DNA of 64,000 nucleotides from positions 50,786 through 114,785 of the forward strand of contig CAYMRP010000003.1 of the NCBI GenBank assembly GCA_964392925.1. Direction: 5' to 3'. Source of the DNA: an uncultured Gammaproteobacteria bacterium. Lineage in GTDB: Bacteria; Patescibacteriota; Microgenomatia; Daviesbacterales; UBA10151. Positions 1-8,169 of the stretch are shown piece by piece; position 1 is the first letter of the stretch; each line of letters opens with the position of its first letter. The translations under genes were made by a program, and so were the position numbers. The notes under the pieces are model-generated. The model made no database searches. It saw only the letters and a program-made list of their open reading frames with translations, and was not told the DNA's origin.

Positions 1-2
1 GA

Positions 3-110
3 CGTGAGTTCGGGGTTACTCGTGAGAGAATTCGTCAAATTGAGGCAAAAGCGGTTAGAAAATTAAAACATCCTACTAGAGCAAAGAAGTTAAGAGATTA
101 TTTAGAATAA
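3..110 (+). CDS. RNA polymerase sigma-70 family factor, C-terminal fragment (region 4.2); the gene starts upstream of the window
   Basis: Frame 3 translates to [35 protein letters not shown], the classic sigma-70 region 4.2 HTH ([18 protein letters not shown]). Stop TAA at 108-110. Confidence 0.75.
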   Translation, partial: REFGVTRERIRQIEAKAVRKLKHPTRAKKLRDYLE

Positions 111-641
111 TTAAATTTTACAGCTCCAAGCGCTAAGTCCCTGTTTTCTTTTTATTTCTACTGCGACAACTGAGTTTCTATAAGGATTTAATGAATCTAA
201 TTCATAATTCCAATTTCGTAGTTCGAATTCCGGTGTGTGTTCAGGCATAATTTGCCACCATCCCCGGGCTCCGGTAACAGGATTGACAGCTTTTGGGTTG
301 AATTCACTTTCACACATTATTAATTTGCGGACAGCTTTTTCAGAAATTCCCATCTCAGTTGCGGTCCAAGTAATTATGAGATCATGGTCTTTTGGTTCGC
401 TATAGTTTGTTTCAGGCATTGGGCGAAAAGCCGGATTAAGAGGGAGTGGCTTTTGAGTCCGGGTTAATTCGCGGTGGGTATTAATTGAGTCCGGTACGGT
501 AAAAAGAGGTGAGGGCGTTGGGGTGGAGGGCTGTTCCACTGAGGGTATGGATTGTGCGTTGGCTTCCGGACTATAAAATTGGGCAGCTCCGAGGACGAGG
601 CCTATTAATATGACGGATCTGTATTTTTTGAATCTTTCCAT
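111..641 (-). CDS. Secreted lytic transglycosylase (SLT domain) with signal peptide and Pro/Thr-rich linker
   Basis: N-terminal signal peptide (MERFKKYRSVILIGLVLGAAQFYSPEANA). C-terminal motif ESEFNPKAVNPVTGARGWWQIMP matches the SLT catalytic-Glu block (E-S-x-F-x-P...AxGLMQ). Confidence 0.65.
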   Translation of the reverse strand: MERFKKYRSVILIGLVLGAAQFYSPEANAQSIPSVEQPSTPTPSPLFTVPDSINTHRELTRTQKPLPLNPAFRPMPETNYSEPKDHDLIITWTATEMGISEKAVRKLIMCESEFNPKAVNPVTGARGWWQIMPEHTPEFELRNWNYELDSLNPYRNSVVAVEIKRKQGLSAWSCKI

Positions 642-703
642 AAAAAAGCACGAAGGGTAATTTTAAACTAATTGATGAGCTTAGCCAAGTCTGGAAATAA
701 ACG

Positions 704-1018
704 CTAAAAGAGGTTTTTTTCGATATAAACCCGGCACATTTTACAGCCGTTGTCTGAGTGAAATACAGCGTGATGGAGGAGGTGGATTCCAGTAGTGTGA
801 ACACTGAATTCCATGGAACGTTTTAACTGCTTATGAGTGATAAAAAAACTTCTGATGCGGCTCCATTTAAAAGGTTTTTTCTTTTTGGCGGGTTTTTGAG
901 AGAAGAGGATTGAGCCTTGGGTATTATTGTTTTTGACCTGGTTTACTTGTTGATCAATGCGGGTCTCGTTGTGGCCGCTGTATTCAAAAGGTGTAGTTTC
1001 AAGATGTTCTTTATCCAT
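704..1018 (-). CDS. Hypothetical protein (His/Cys-rich C-terminus HLLHHAVFHSDNGCKMCRVY, possible metal site)
   Basis: 104-aa ORF between the SLT gene and tRNA-Asn. No recognisable domain. Coding status uncertain. Confidence 0.25.
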   Translation of the reverse strand: MDKEHLETTPFEYSGHNETRIDQQVNQVKNNNTQGSILFSQKPAKKKKPFKWSRIRSFFITHKQLKRSMEFSVHTTGIHLLHHAVFHSDNGCKMCRVYIEKNLF

Positions 1019-1136
1019 AAAGTATTTGCAGGTTTAGGAGACCTCAGCCTTAACAGTTTTTTAAAAAAAGGACTTTTCTTACAATAGAACAAAGGTGAGC
1101 ATCTAGTCAAGCGCCCAGGCTCGAGGCAATTAAGAC

Positions 1137-1165
1137 TTTACCCAAAAGTCCGGAGATGCTAAAAT
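1137..1165 (+). promoter_or_regulatory. Putative sigma-70 promoter for tRNA-Asn (TTTACC-17 bp-TGcTAAAAT, extended -10)
   Basis: -35-like TTTACC at 1137-1142, 17-bp spacer, TG at 1157-1158, -10 TAAAAT at 1160-1165. Predicted TSS is about 12 nt upstream of the tRNA 5' end. Confidence 0.4.
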
Positions 1166-1184
1166 CTCGCGTACAACTAAATAT

Positions 1185-1256
1185 TCCCCTGTAGCTCAAT
1201 GGTAGAGCAGTTCGCTGTTAACGAAAAGGTTCCTAGTTCGAATCTAGGCGGGGGAG
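1185..1256 (+). tRNA. tRNA-Asn (anticodon GTT); CCA not encoded
   Basis: Manual fold: acceptor TCCCCTG/CGGGGGA, U8, D-arm GCTC-AATGGTA-GAGC, anticodon loop CTGTTAA (GTT), variable AGGTT, T-arm CCTAG-TTCGAAT-CTAGG, discriminator G. One A-G mismatch at the base of the anticodon stem. Confidence 0.85.
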
Positions 1257-1268
1257 CTTACAAAAAGT

Positions 1269-1292
1269 CCGGTCCTTGTGACCGGCTTTTTT
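1269..1292 (+). terminator. Rho-independent terminator after tRNA-Asn
   Basis: Perfect hairpin CCGGTC-cttgt-GACCGG followed by CTTTTTT. Confidence 0.7.
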
Positions 1293-1387
1293 GTGAGTTT
1301 GCGTCGAATGATTCAAACAATAAAGAATCGTCGATGTTTAAATTCGGAAGCAAGTTTGCCTTTTTGCTTAAGCAAAAAGAGTGTGTT

Positions 1388-1403
1388 ATCTAGGCGGGGG
1401 AGC
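1388..1403 (+). repeat. 16-nt direct repeat of the tRNA-Asn 3' end (ATCTAGGCGGGGGAGC, identical to 1242-1257); att-site-like remnant
   Basis: Exact 16-mer identical to the T-arm 3' half plus acceptor 3' strand of the upstream tRNA, 131 bp downstream of the tRNA. Confidence 0.6.
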
Positions 1404-1452
1404 CAAATAAAAGCTCTTTATCAAATTACTTTAATTTGATATCATTTTACGC

Positions 1453-1881
1453 ATGGCAACATTAAGTACTTGGATTAACTTCAACGGTAATGCAGAAGAA
1501 GCATTTACTTTTTATAAATCAGTATTCGGTGGAGAGTTTACGAAAGTGGTGCGTTTTAAAGATATTGCCAGTGATGAATTCCCGGTGCCAGAAAAAGAAG
1601 AAGATAAAATAATGTATATTGCCTTACCTATTGGTGAAGGTGCTCTATTGATAGCCAATGATGTTCCTGAGGTTTTAGGGAAAGTGAATGAGCGTGAGAA
1701 TAGAAGCAAGATTTTGGTAAACACGGAAAGTAAAGAAGAGGCGGATAGATTGTTCGCGGGCCTTTCGGCGGGCGGAGAAGTAGAAGGACCGATGGGAGAC
1801 AGTCCTTGGGGCTCATATGCGGGTATGTTTCGAGATAAATACGGCATTGAATGGTTAATAGAATTTTCTTCTGCCAAATAA
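1453..1881 (+). CDS. VOC/glyoxalase-fold protein, PhnB-like (3-demethylubiquinone-9 3-methyltransferase-type domain)
   Basis: 142 aa. Fold-level similarity to PhnB/YjdN small VOC proteins (…IALPIGEGALLIANDVPE…WGSYAGMFRDKYGIEWLIEF). Confidence 0.5.
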   Translation: MATLSTWINFNGNAEEAFTFYKSVFGGEFTKVVRFKDIASDEFPVPEKEEDKIMYIALPIGEGALLIANDVPEVLGKVNERENRSKILVNTESKEEADRLFAGLSAGGEVEGPMGDSPWGSYAGMFRDKYGIEWLIEFSSAK

Positions 1882-1882
1882 A

Positions 1883-2383
1883 ATGAGTAAACTAATTACA
1901 TGCATCTGGTTTGTTAATAACAACGGAGAAGAGGCTGCAAATTACTATATCAACACTTTTACTTCTGCTCCTGGTGAGCACACTGCAAAAATGGGAGACA
2001 TCACAAAAGCACCTAAGGGAGTAGAAGAAGTTGGAGGGATATCCGAAGGATCTGTTCTAACTGCTGAATGCGAACTTGATGGAATAAGCTTTATGTTTCT
2101 GAACGGTGGCCCTAATGAACAATTTAAACTCAATGGTGCAACATCTTTTATTATTGAATGTGAAACACAAGAAGAAATTGATTTCTTCTGGGGGAAACTT
2201 TCAGCGGTTCCTGAGGCAGAACAATGCGGATGGTGCACAGATAAATTTGGTATAACATGGCAGGTAGCTCCAAGAATTTTGGATGAAATGATGAGAGATC
2301 CTGAAAAAGCAGAGGCTGTAACGGCTGCTTTTATGCCAATGAAAAAACTTGATCTTGAAGCAATCCGAAAAGCTGGCGAATAA
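1883..2383 (+). CDS. PhnB-like VOC-fold protein (second tandem paralog)
   Basis: 166 aa. C-terminal CGWCTDKFGITWQV block is typical of the PhnB / '3-demethylubiquinone-9 3-methyltransferase' domain family. In tandem with the previous gene. Confidence 0.55.
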   Translation: MSKLITCIWFVNNNGEEAANYYINTFTSAPGEHTAKMGDITKAPKGVEEVGGISEGSVLTAECELDGISFMFLNGGPNEQFKLNGATSFIIECETQEEIDFFWGKLSAVPEAEQCGWCTDKFGITWQVAPRILDEMMRDPEKAEAVTAAFMPMKKLDLEAIRKAGE

Positions 2384-2491
2384 AACTCCCAAGCATAAGC
2401 AGTAATTATAAAGCTGCGTCCAAATAAATTTCTTCTTTAGCAGAGTGAGCTATATCACATAAAATTTCTCAAGACTAGGTATAGTAAAGCT

Positions 2492-2695
2492 ATGCAAACT
2501 AATATATTAGGACAGAGCAAGAGAGTAAATTTTCTTTCTAAGGTGAACAGGGAGTGGCATGTTGAGAATAAAATGCCTAAGAATCCGACTCTTGATCAAA
2601 GAGTGGAGTGGCACTTGGCGCATGCAAAAAATTGTAAATGTCGACCACTGGGCGGGAAAATTCTAGAGGAAATACAGAAAAGAAAATTAATATGA
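2492..2695 (+). CDS. Small hypothetical protein with His/Cys motif (WH…H.AKNCKCR)
   Basis: 67-aa ORF. Possible zinc-binding small protein with no confident family assignment. Confidence 0.3.
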   Translation: MQTNILGQSKRVNFLSKVNREWHVENKMPKNPTLDQRVEWHLAHAKNCKCRPLGGKILEEIQKRKLI

Positions 2696-3054
2696 GCAAA
2701 AAGTTTTTGAAAGATGGATTTGGTTGGGGATTTATCCTTTGGTTTATTGGTTACATGCTGGGAATATTACTGTTTGCTGTGGTGCCTGTTGGGCTGTTGG
2801 GGTGGGTGATTATGCCTTTTGGAATATTAATAACTCTTTGGGTATTACTCAAAAAAGTGAAGGGGGATTCATTTCGGTACTATATTTTGATTGCAACTGT
2901 CTGGACTGTTATTGCCATAGTCTGTGATTATCTTTTCCTTGTCAAAGTATTTAAACCAGCCGATGGATATTATAAACCTGATGTGTACCTATATTACGCC
3001 TTAATGTTTGCACTACCTATTCTTATAGGCTGGAAAAAAGATACTCTCAAGTGA
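2692..3054 (+). CDS. Small integral membrane protein (hypothetical)
   Basis: Start placed at the internal ATG (MSKKFLKDG…) to avoid overlap with the upstream ORF. Three or four hydrophobic helices. Confidence 0.45.
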   Translation: MSKKFLKDGFGWGFILWFIGYMLGILLFAVVPVGLLGWVIMPFGILITLWVLLKKVKGDSFRYYILIATVWTVIAIVCDYLFLVKVFKPADGYYKPDVYLYYALMFALPILIGWKKDTLK

Positions 3055-3059
3055 TTAAA

Positions 3060-3539
3060 CTACTTCTTTCGGGGGAGATTGACTTTATTTTCTGGTACCG
3101 AGTTTAGTGAAAAAGTTATCTCTAGTTTTAATGCTTGAAGTGATATTACGATATCCCAAAAGAATAGCAAATTGGCCCCCATGATAAAAATGCAGCTTAA
3201 GAAAAGTAGACCCATTAAAATGGAGTCTGATTTAAACTGGAGCATCGCAGCCAGGATAGCAATTAGTACAATTAAGCTGCTAAACACTGTGCTGGCAATT
3301 ACCATGGCGATGCTTAGTCTGAGGATTCCACATCGTTTAAGGAGAATTTTTACCTGGCTTTTTAAATTAGCTCGCCGTTTTGGGTCATTAGTATGCGCGA
3401 GTTCATTTATGACGAAGCGTGTTCTGGTCATTGAACTGCTGTATCGAGTATTCAGACTCAAAAGTATTAATCCGACACCGCTGATAAGGACAATTGGGGC
3501 AACTGCATGCTGTAATACTTGATCAAAGTTAATATTCAT
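3060..3539 (-). CDS. DUF2721-family membrane protein
   Basis: Start at MNINFDQVLQHAVAPIVLISG. Has the N-R-x-S…R-R-x-L-x-x-Q pattern and two TM segments typical of DUF2721. The track ORF extends 16 codons further upstream. Confidence 0.45.
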   Translation of the reverse strand: MNINFDQVLQHAVAPIVLISGVGLILLSLNTRYSSSMTRTRFVINELAHTNDPKRRANLKSQVKILLKRCGILRLSIAMVIASTVFSSLIVLIAILAAMLQFKSDSILMGLLFLSCIFIMGANLLFFWDIVISLQALKLEITFSLNSVPENKVNLPRKK

Positions 3540-3661
3540 CTCGAGAATTGTAGCAAAGAATTTTAGAATCAGAGTGATTGGTGTCACATCTTTTTTGCTT
3601 TTAACGCTCTACTTTGCAAATAATAATTAATAAATAACCAACAAAGGAGTAAACTATATTA

Positions 3662-3970
3662 ATGGATTATGTAACTATGTTGCGGGAATATCGAATTGGG
3701 CCATTTACGATTTTTGATACAGTTCTGGCATATCTGGGAATTTTAATTATTTCGCCTTTGCTGATAAAACTTTTTTCACTCGTCCGTTTAAAGATTACGT
3801 TAGCTTCGTGGCTTTGGCTGACAATGCCTTTATCAGTAATTTTTCATTTAGTTTTTAGTCAGGATACTCCTTTAATCAAAGTGCTATTGAATTCAAATAA
3901 TTCCTATATAGCATTGGCGGTGCTTTTATTTATGACTTTTATGGGTTTAAAAGATATTAGAAGAATTTGA
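3662..3970 (+). CDS. Hypothetical small membrane protein
   Basis: 102 aa with 3 predicted TM helices and no recognisable domain. Confidence 0.35.
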   Translation: MDYVTMLREYRIGPFTIFDTVLAYLGILIISPLLIKLFSLVRLKITLASWLWLTMPLSVIFHLVFSQDTPLIKVLLNSNNSYIALAVLLFMTFMGLKDIRRI

Positions 3971-3980
3971 GGGAATTATT

Positions 3981-4304
3981 ATGAAAGTATTGCCGGTTAG
4001 TGCTGATGAAGTTAAAAAAGTTATAGAGGCTGGGGATGATATTTTACTAATAGATGTGCGGACTCCGGAAGAATATTCGAGAGGGAAAATTGAGAAGAGT
4101 ATTAATATTCCACTGGATGAGATAGTCGATACTGCTTTGGATAAATTGCCCGATAAATCAAAGAATGTTTATGTTTATTGTTTAAGCGGGTCAAGAAGTA
4201 TGATGGCTGCAGAAGAGTTAGTTAATCTAGGGTATGAGCATGTTTATAATATAGAGAGCGGTCTTCTAGCATGGAGAGCAATTGGGGGTTTGATGGTGGA
4301 ATGA
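3981..4304 (+). CDS. Rhodanese-domain sulfurtransferase (single domain)
   Basis: Rhodanese fold with active-site loop CLSGSRS (catalytic Cys). 107 aa. Confidence 0.75.
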   Translation: MKVLPVSADEVKKVIEAGDDILLIDVRTPEEYSRGKIEKSINIPLDEIVDTALDKLPDKSKNVYVYCLSGSRSMMAAEELVNLGYEHVYNIESGLLAWRAIGGLMVE

Positions 4305-4666
4305 GTACTTTAAAAGATGTAGATAGTTATATTGAGGGAGCTCCTGAGGAAATACAAAGTAAACTTCGGGAGATTAGAGAAACGATAAAAAAGTCTGTGC
4401 CTAAGGCCGAGGAGAAGATAAGTTATGCGATGCCTTATTATGGATACAAAGGTCGGCTTATATATTTTGCTTACTGGAAAAAACATATTGCGATTTATGC
4501 GATGAGTTCTGAGGTTATTAAAAGATATGAAAAAGAACTTAAACCTTTCTTGGCTGAGAAGGGGACAATAAAAATTCCGCTGGACGAAGTGGTGCCGGCT
4601 TCTTTAATAGAGAAAATAGTGAAAGCACAGGCGCAAATGAATGAGAGTTCAGCTAAAAAGAACTAG
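4301..4666 (+). CDS. DUF1801 (YdhG-like) domain protein
   Basis: ATGA overlap with the rhodanese stop. Sequence MSTLKDVDSYIEGAPEEIQSKLREIRETIKK… matches the DUF1801 N-terminal pattern. A paralog lies at 7769-8128. Confidence 0.55.
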   Translation: MSTLKDVDSYIEGAPEEIQSKLREIRETIKKSVPKAEEKISYAMPYYGYKGRLIYFAYWKKHIAIYAMSSEVIKRYEKELKPFLAEKGTIKIPLDEVVPASLIEKIVKAQAQMNESSAKKN

Positions 4667-4687
4667 TATTAAGGAGTAAGCAGAGAA

Positions 4688-5218
4688 TTATTCTTCAGAT
4701 TCAGCAGGAACAGATTTTGGTTTTCTAGGAGCTCGTGGTTTTTTTTCAGCTTTTGGAGCTGATTCTTCAGAGGGCATAGATGATACTGGGGCGTTGTTGT
4801 GTTCAGGTTTAGGAGTTAATAACGTAATAATGCGATCGAGTTTGGCGTTTAGGGAAGCGAATTGATCATTATTTTGCTGAGGGCGTTCTGATTGTCGCTC
4901 TTCATATCGGGGATGATCGTTGTATTGAGGGCGATCATTGTATTGTGGACGTTCAAAATTGCGGTTTGAATCAAAATTTGGTCTTCTTTGGGCATAATCG
5001 CGGTCATTGGATCTTCTTTGTTCGCCGCCGTTTTTTTCAAAGCAATCACTACAAAAAACTGGTTTTGCACCTGTTGGTTTAAAAGGGACTTCACATTCTT
5101 TACCACAGTTACTGCAGGTTGTTCTGTGCATTTCGCGGTCTCTGGTGCTTCTATCAAAGCGGCCTGAGCCTCCGTTTGGTCGGCTATCTCTATTAAAGCT
5201 GCGGTTGAAATTCCCCAT
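4688..5218 (-). CDS. Zinc-ribbon protein (FmdB-like CxxC…CxxC) with long low-complexity R/N/D/Q-rich tails
   Basis: Core TCSNCGKECEVPFKPTGAKPVFCSDCF. Flanking RG/RD/NDR repeats suggest a disordered nucleic-acid-binding region. Confidence 0.45.
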   Translation of the reverse strand: MGNFNRSFNRDSRPNGGSGRFDRSTRDREMHRTTCSNCGKECEVPFKPTGAKPVFCSDCFEKNGGEQRRSNDRDYAQRRPNFDSNRNFERPQYNDRPQYNDHPRYEERQSERPQQNNDQFASLNAKLDRIITLLTPKPEHNNAPVSSMPSEESAPKAEKKPRAPRKPKSVPAESEE

Positions 5219-5253
5219 AGTGTAGGATTATAGCACAGGGTGAGAAAGATTGC

Positions 5254-6768
5254 ATGGCAGAAGTAAATCCGGAAGCAAAGCTTCGAACCTTCGGTTATAA
5301 TACCCGAATGCTTTCTGTTCGTAATTTATATTTCTCTCATAACACCCATATCATTTTTGAGGATGCAGAGTTTTCTGTGTCTGATGGACAAAAGGTGGGA
5401 CTTATCGGACCAAATGGTGCCGGGAAAAGTACGCTGTTTAAAATTATCAGCGGTGAGGAAAAAGGATATAAAGGAAAAATTGAAACAACCGGCAGCATTG
5501 GGGTGGTGCCTCAGGAAGTTAAGCATGATCCGGTTATGGAGGCTGCAGTATCAATACGGGATTATCTAAATCCGGAGAATGATAAACAAGAATATCAGCT
5601 ATTAAAAATGATGGCAGGGGTCGAACTGGCAGAGCTTGATTTGGAAGCATCACCAAGAGCCTTAAGCGGAGGGCAGAAAACCCGTTTGGCATTAGTGAGG
5701 GCGCTTTTAGCAGAACCGGATATTTTGCTTCTTGATGAACCGACAAACTTTTTGGATATTGCCGGAAAAAAATGGGTGATGGGATTTCTAAGTAATTATC
5801 CGAAGACTTTAATTTTAATTTCGCATGATCTGGAGCTTTTGGACAAGCATATAGATAAGATACTTATGGTTAACGGGCATCTAAAAAAAGTTGAGGAGTT
5901 TAAAGGGAATTATACTCAGGCTTTAGCGCTAAGAGAAGAGCAGCATAATTTGCTGAAGAAACAAGTTCATGTTGAAAAGCAAACTATTAACAGGCTGGAG
6001 AAAAGTATAAATGTGGTTGGTGTTAGACAACGAATTCAGCTGCAAAAAAGAGTAGCCCGAATGAAAGAAGGCCTACCGGACTTACCAGCTGAAGTTAGAG
6101 CCATTAAATTTAAATTACCAGATCCAGCGGTGGTGGGGGCATTACCGATAAAAGCTGCCAATATTTCGAAATCGTATGGGGATAAAAAAGTTTTAGAAAA
6201 TATTAATCTGGTTATTGAGCGAGGCGAGAAAGTGGCTTTGATCGGGCAAAACGGAGTTGGCAAAAGCACATTAATAAAAATCCTCCTAGGGTTTTTGGAG
6301 GCAGATAGCGGAGAAGTTATACGCGATCCAGAACTCAAAGTGGGCTATTATTCTCAAGAATTTGAGAATCTGGATTTTAAGAAAACATTACTTGAAACGG
6401 CGCGGGGAGAGTTAAATTTAGCTGATAATATTGTCAGACCAATATTGGCCAGATTTCTATTTCCAGGAAGTAAAATTAATCAGGAAGTGGGAACATTATC
6501 TGGGGGTGAAAAGACTAGGTTATCAATTGCACTGCTTTTGCTGCAAAATTATAATTTACTTGTTTTAGACGAGCCGACAACATATTTGGATGTGTTATCA
6601 CAAAGAATTATTCTGCAGGTTTTAAAAGATTATCAGGGAGCAATATTAATTGTTTCGCACACAGAAGAATTTATTAAAGAGTTGGAGCCAAGAAGAGCTT
6701 TAGTTTTACCTGAGAATCATTTTGATTATTGGTCGGAGGATTTTTTGGAGCGGGTGTCTGAAGTGTAA
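5254..6768 (+). CDS. ABC-F family ATPase (two tandem ABC domains, no TMD)
   Basis: Walker A GPNGAGKST and GQNGVGKST. Signatures LSGGQKTRL and LSGGEKTRL. Walker B LLLDEPTN and LVLDEPTT. No TMD. Confidence 0.8.
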   Translation: MAEVNPEAKLRTFGYNTRMLSVRNLYFSHNTHIIFEDAEFSVSDGQKVGLIGPNGAGKSTLFKIISGEEKGYKGKIETTGSIGVVPQEVKHDPVMEAAVSIRDYLNPENDKQEYQLLKMMAGVELAELDLEASPRALSGGQKTRLALVRALLAEPDILLLDEPTNFLDIAGKKWVMGFLSNYPKTLILISHDLELLDKHIDKILMVNGHLKKVEEFKGNYTQALALREEQHNLLKKQVHVEKQTINRLEKSINVVGVRQRIQLQKRVARMKEGLPDLPAEVRAIKFKLPDPAVVGALPIKAANISKSYGDKKVLENINLVIERGEKVALIGQNGVGKSTLIKILLGFLEADSGEVIRDPELKVGYYSQEFENLDFKKTLLETARGELNLADNIVRPILARFLFPGSKINQEVGTLSGGEKTRLSIALLLLQNYNLLVLDEPTTYLDVLSQRIILQVLKDYQGAILIVSHTEEFIKELEPRRALVLPENHFDYWSEDFLERVSEV

Positions 6769-6810
6769 TTAAGTGTTGACTTAATTAAGTGACTGATTTA
6801 TATTAGGGTT

Positions 6811-7119
6811 GTGGATATATTTCAAGCATTAGGTGATAAAAGCAGGCGGGGGATTATTGAACTTTTAGCAAAAAAAGGGCAATTAAGTTCAAGCGATATT
6901 TCAAATAACTTTCAAATTAGTGCTCCGGCAATTTCTCAACATCTAAAAGTACTGCGTGAAGCTAGACTGGTTAGTATGGAGAAGAAGGCTCAGCAAAGAA
7001 TATATAAGATTAATCCTGATGCCGTGGATGAGATACAAAAGTGGCTAAAAAAGTTGACGGAAGTTTGGGAGGTTCGATTTTCAGCACTAGACGAGATACT
7101 AAAAGAACAGAAGAAATGA
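6811..7119 (+). CDS. ArsR/SmtB-family transcriptional regulator
   Basis: wHTH core SSSDISNNFQISAPAISQHLKVLREARLV. GTG start. Confidence 0.7.
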   Translation: MDIFQALGDKSRRGIIELLAKKGQLSSSDISNNFQISAPAISQHLKVLREARLVSMEKKAQQRIYKINPDAVDEIQKWLKKLTEVWEVRFSALDEILKEQKK

Positions 7120-7214
7120 TAACTTGTTAGAATTTTTCATTGGAGAGTTAATGCAAGCGATCTCTCCGCAAGGATCGTAAAATACTGAAGCGGGTCGATA
7201 GGAGGTGAATAATA

Positions 7215-7721
7215 ATGGATGATAATGCTTTAATAATAGAAAGAGTTTTTGATGCACCTAAACAAATGGTTTGGGATGCATTTACTAAGCCTGAGATAAT
7301 GCAAAAATGGTGGGGTCCAGGAGGATGGAGTTCTCCGGATTTTTACATGGATTTTCGGGAAGGCGGTAAGTATCACGCGTCTATGGAAGGTCCGATGCCT
7401 GATGGAAATGTGATAAAAGTTTGGAGCGGAGGAGAATATATAAAAATAATTCCTCTTGAGAAAATTGTAGTAACTGATTTTTTCTCAAATGAGGATGGAG
7501 ATAAAATCAGACCTGATAAAGCAGGGATGGATCCTAATTTTCCTGATGAGATGGAAGTAACTTTCACTTTTGAGGAGATAGAGAGTGGTAAGACGAAACT
7601 GATAATCAGATATCCAAAACCTGAATCAAAGGCGGCTGTGGAAGCAATGATTGCAAGCAGAATGGATGAAGGATGGAGTTCATCTTTGGACAAGTTGGCC
7701 AAAATGGTCGAGAAAGAGTAA
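7215..7721 (+). CDS. SRPBCC-superfamily protein (AHSA1/activator-of-Hsp90-ATPase-like domain)
   Basis: N-terminal RVFDAPKQMVWDAFTKPE…WWGP is typical of AHSA1-type SRPBCC proteins. These are commonly paired with ArsR regulators. Confidence 0.6.
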   Translation: MDDNALIIERVFDAPKQMVWDAFTKPEIMQKWWGPGGWSSPDFYMDFREGGKYHASMEGPMPDGNVIKVWSGGEYIKIIPLEKIVVTDFFSNEDGDKIRPDKAGMDPNFPDEMEVTFTFEEIESGKTKLIIRYPKPESKAAVEAMIASRMDEGWSSSLDKLAKMVEKE

Positions 7722-7768
7722 TTAAAAGCCGGAATTTAAAACTCCGGCTCTTAATTAAGAGAAATAAT

Positions 7769-8128
7769 ATGAAACTAGAGAAACATGAAGTAGAAAAATA
7801 TTTTGATGATGCGCCGGAGTCTCATAAGAAGGCACTGAGACTGATGAGACAAATAATCAAGAAAGCAATTCCTGAGGCTGAAGAATACATTAGTTATCAG
7901 GTTCCGGTATATTCTTTAAGAGGAAAACGGATTATTAGTTTAGGGTACGGGAAAGATTATTTGAGTTTATACTTAATGAGTTTTAAATTAGCTAAAGATT
8001 TTGCGGAAAAATTAGGTATTAAAGAAAATGGGACGACATTGCATTTTGAAATTAGTAAGGATTTACCGGAAGAGGTTATAATTGAAATTGTTAGAACAAG
8101 GATAAAAGAGGTCGGGAATAGGAATTAA
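7769..8128 (+). CDS. DUF1801 (YdhG-like) domain protein, second paralog
   Basis: MKLEKHEVEKYFDDAPESHKKALRLMRQIIKKAIPEAEEYISYQVPVY is parallel to the 4301-4666 protein. Confidence 0.5.
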   Translation: MKLEKHEVEKYFDDAPESHKKALRLMRQIIKKAIPEAEEYISYQVPVYSLRGKRIISLGYGKDYLSLYLMSFKLAKDFAEKLGIKENGTTLHFEISKDLPEEVIIEIVRTRIKEVGNRN

Positions 8129-8169
8129 TTTATTCTTCTGTAAAGAATTTTCAATTAGTCGGGAGAGTT

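Noticed and set aside
571-804. 77-aa minus-strand ORF overlapping the SLT gene N-terminus
   Set aside because: It overlaps a confident gene out of frame. No features support it.
1243-1403. Intact integrated mobile element between the two tRNA-Asn 3'-end repeats
   Set aside because: Only 131 bp separate the repeats and there is no integrase or cargo. At most it is a remnant or footprint, so I did not call a mobile_element feature.
1512-2392. Several antisense ORFs (1512-1877, 1628-1816, 1945-2238, 2201-2392) inside the VOC/PhnB genes
   Set aside because: They are embedded antisense to well-supported CDSs and have low-complexity translations. They are spurious.
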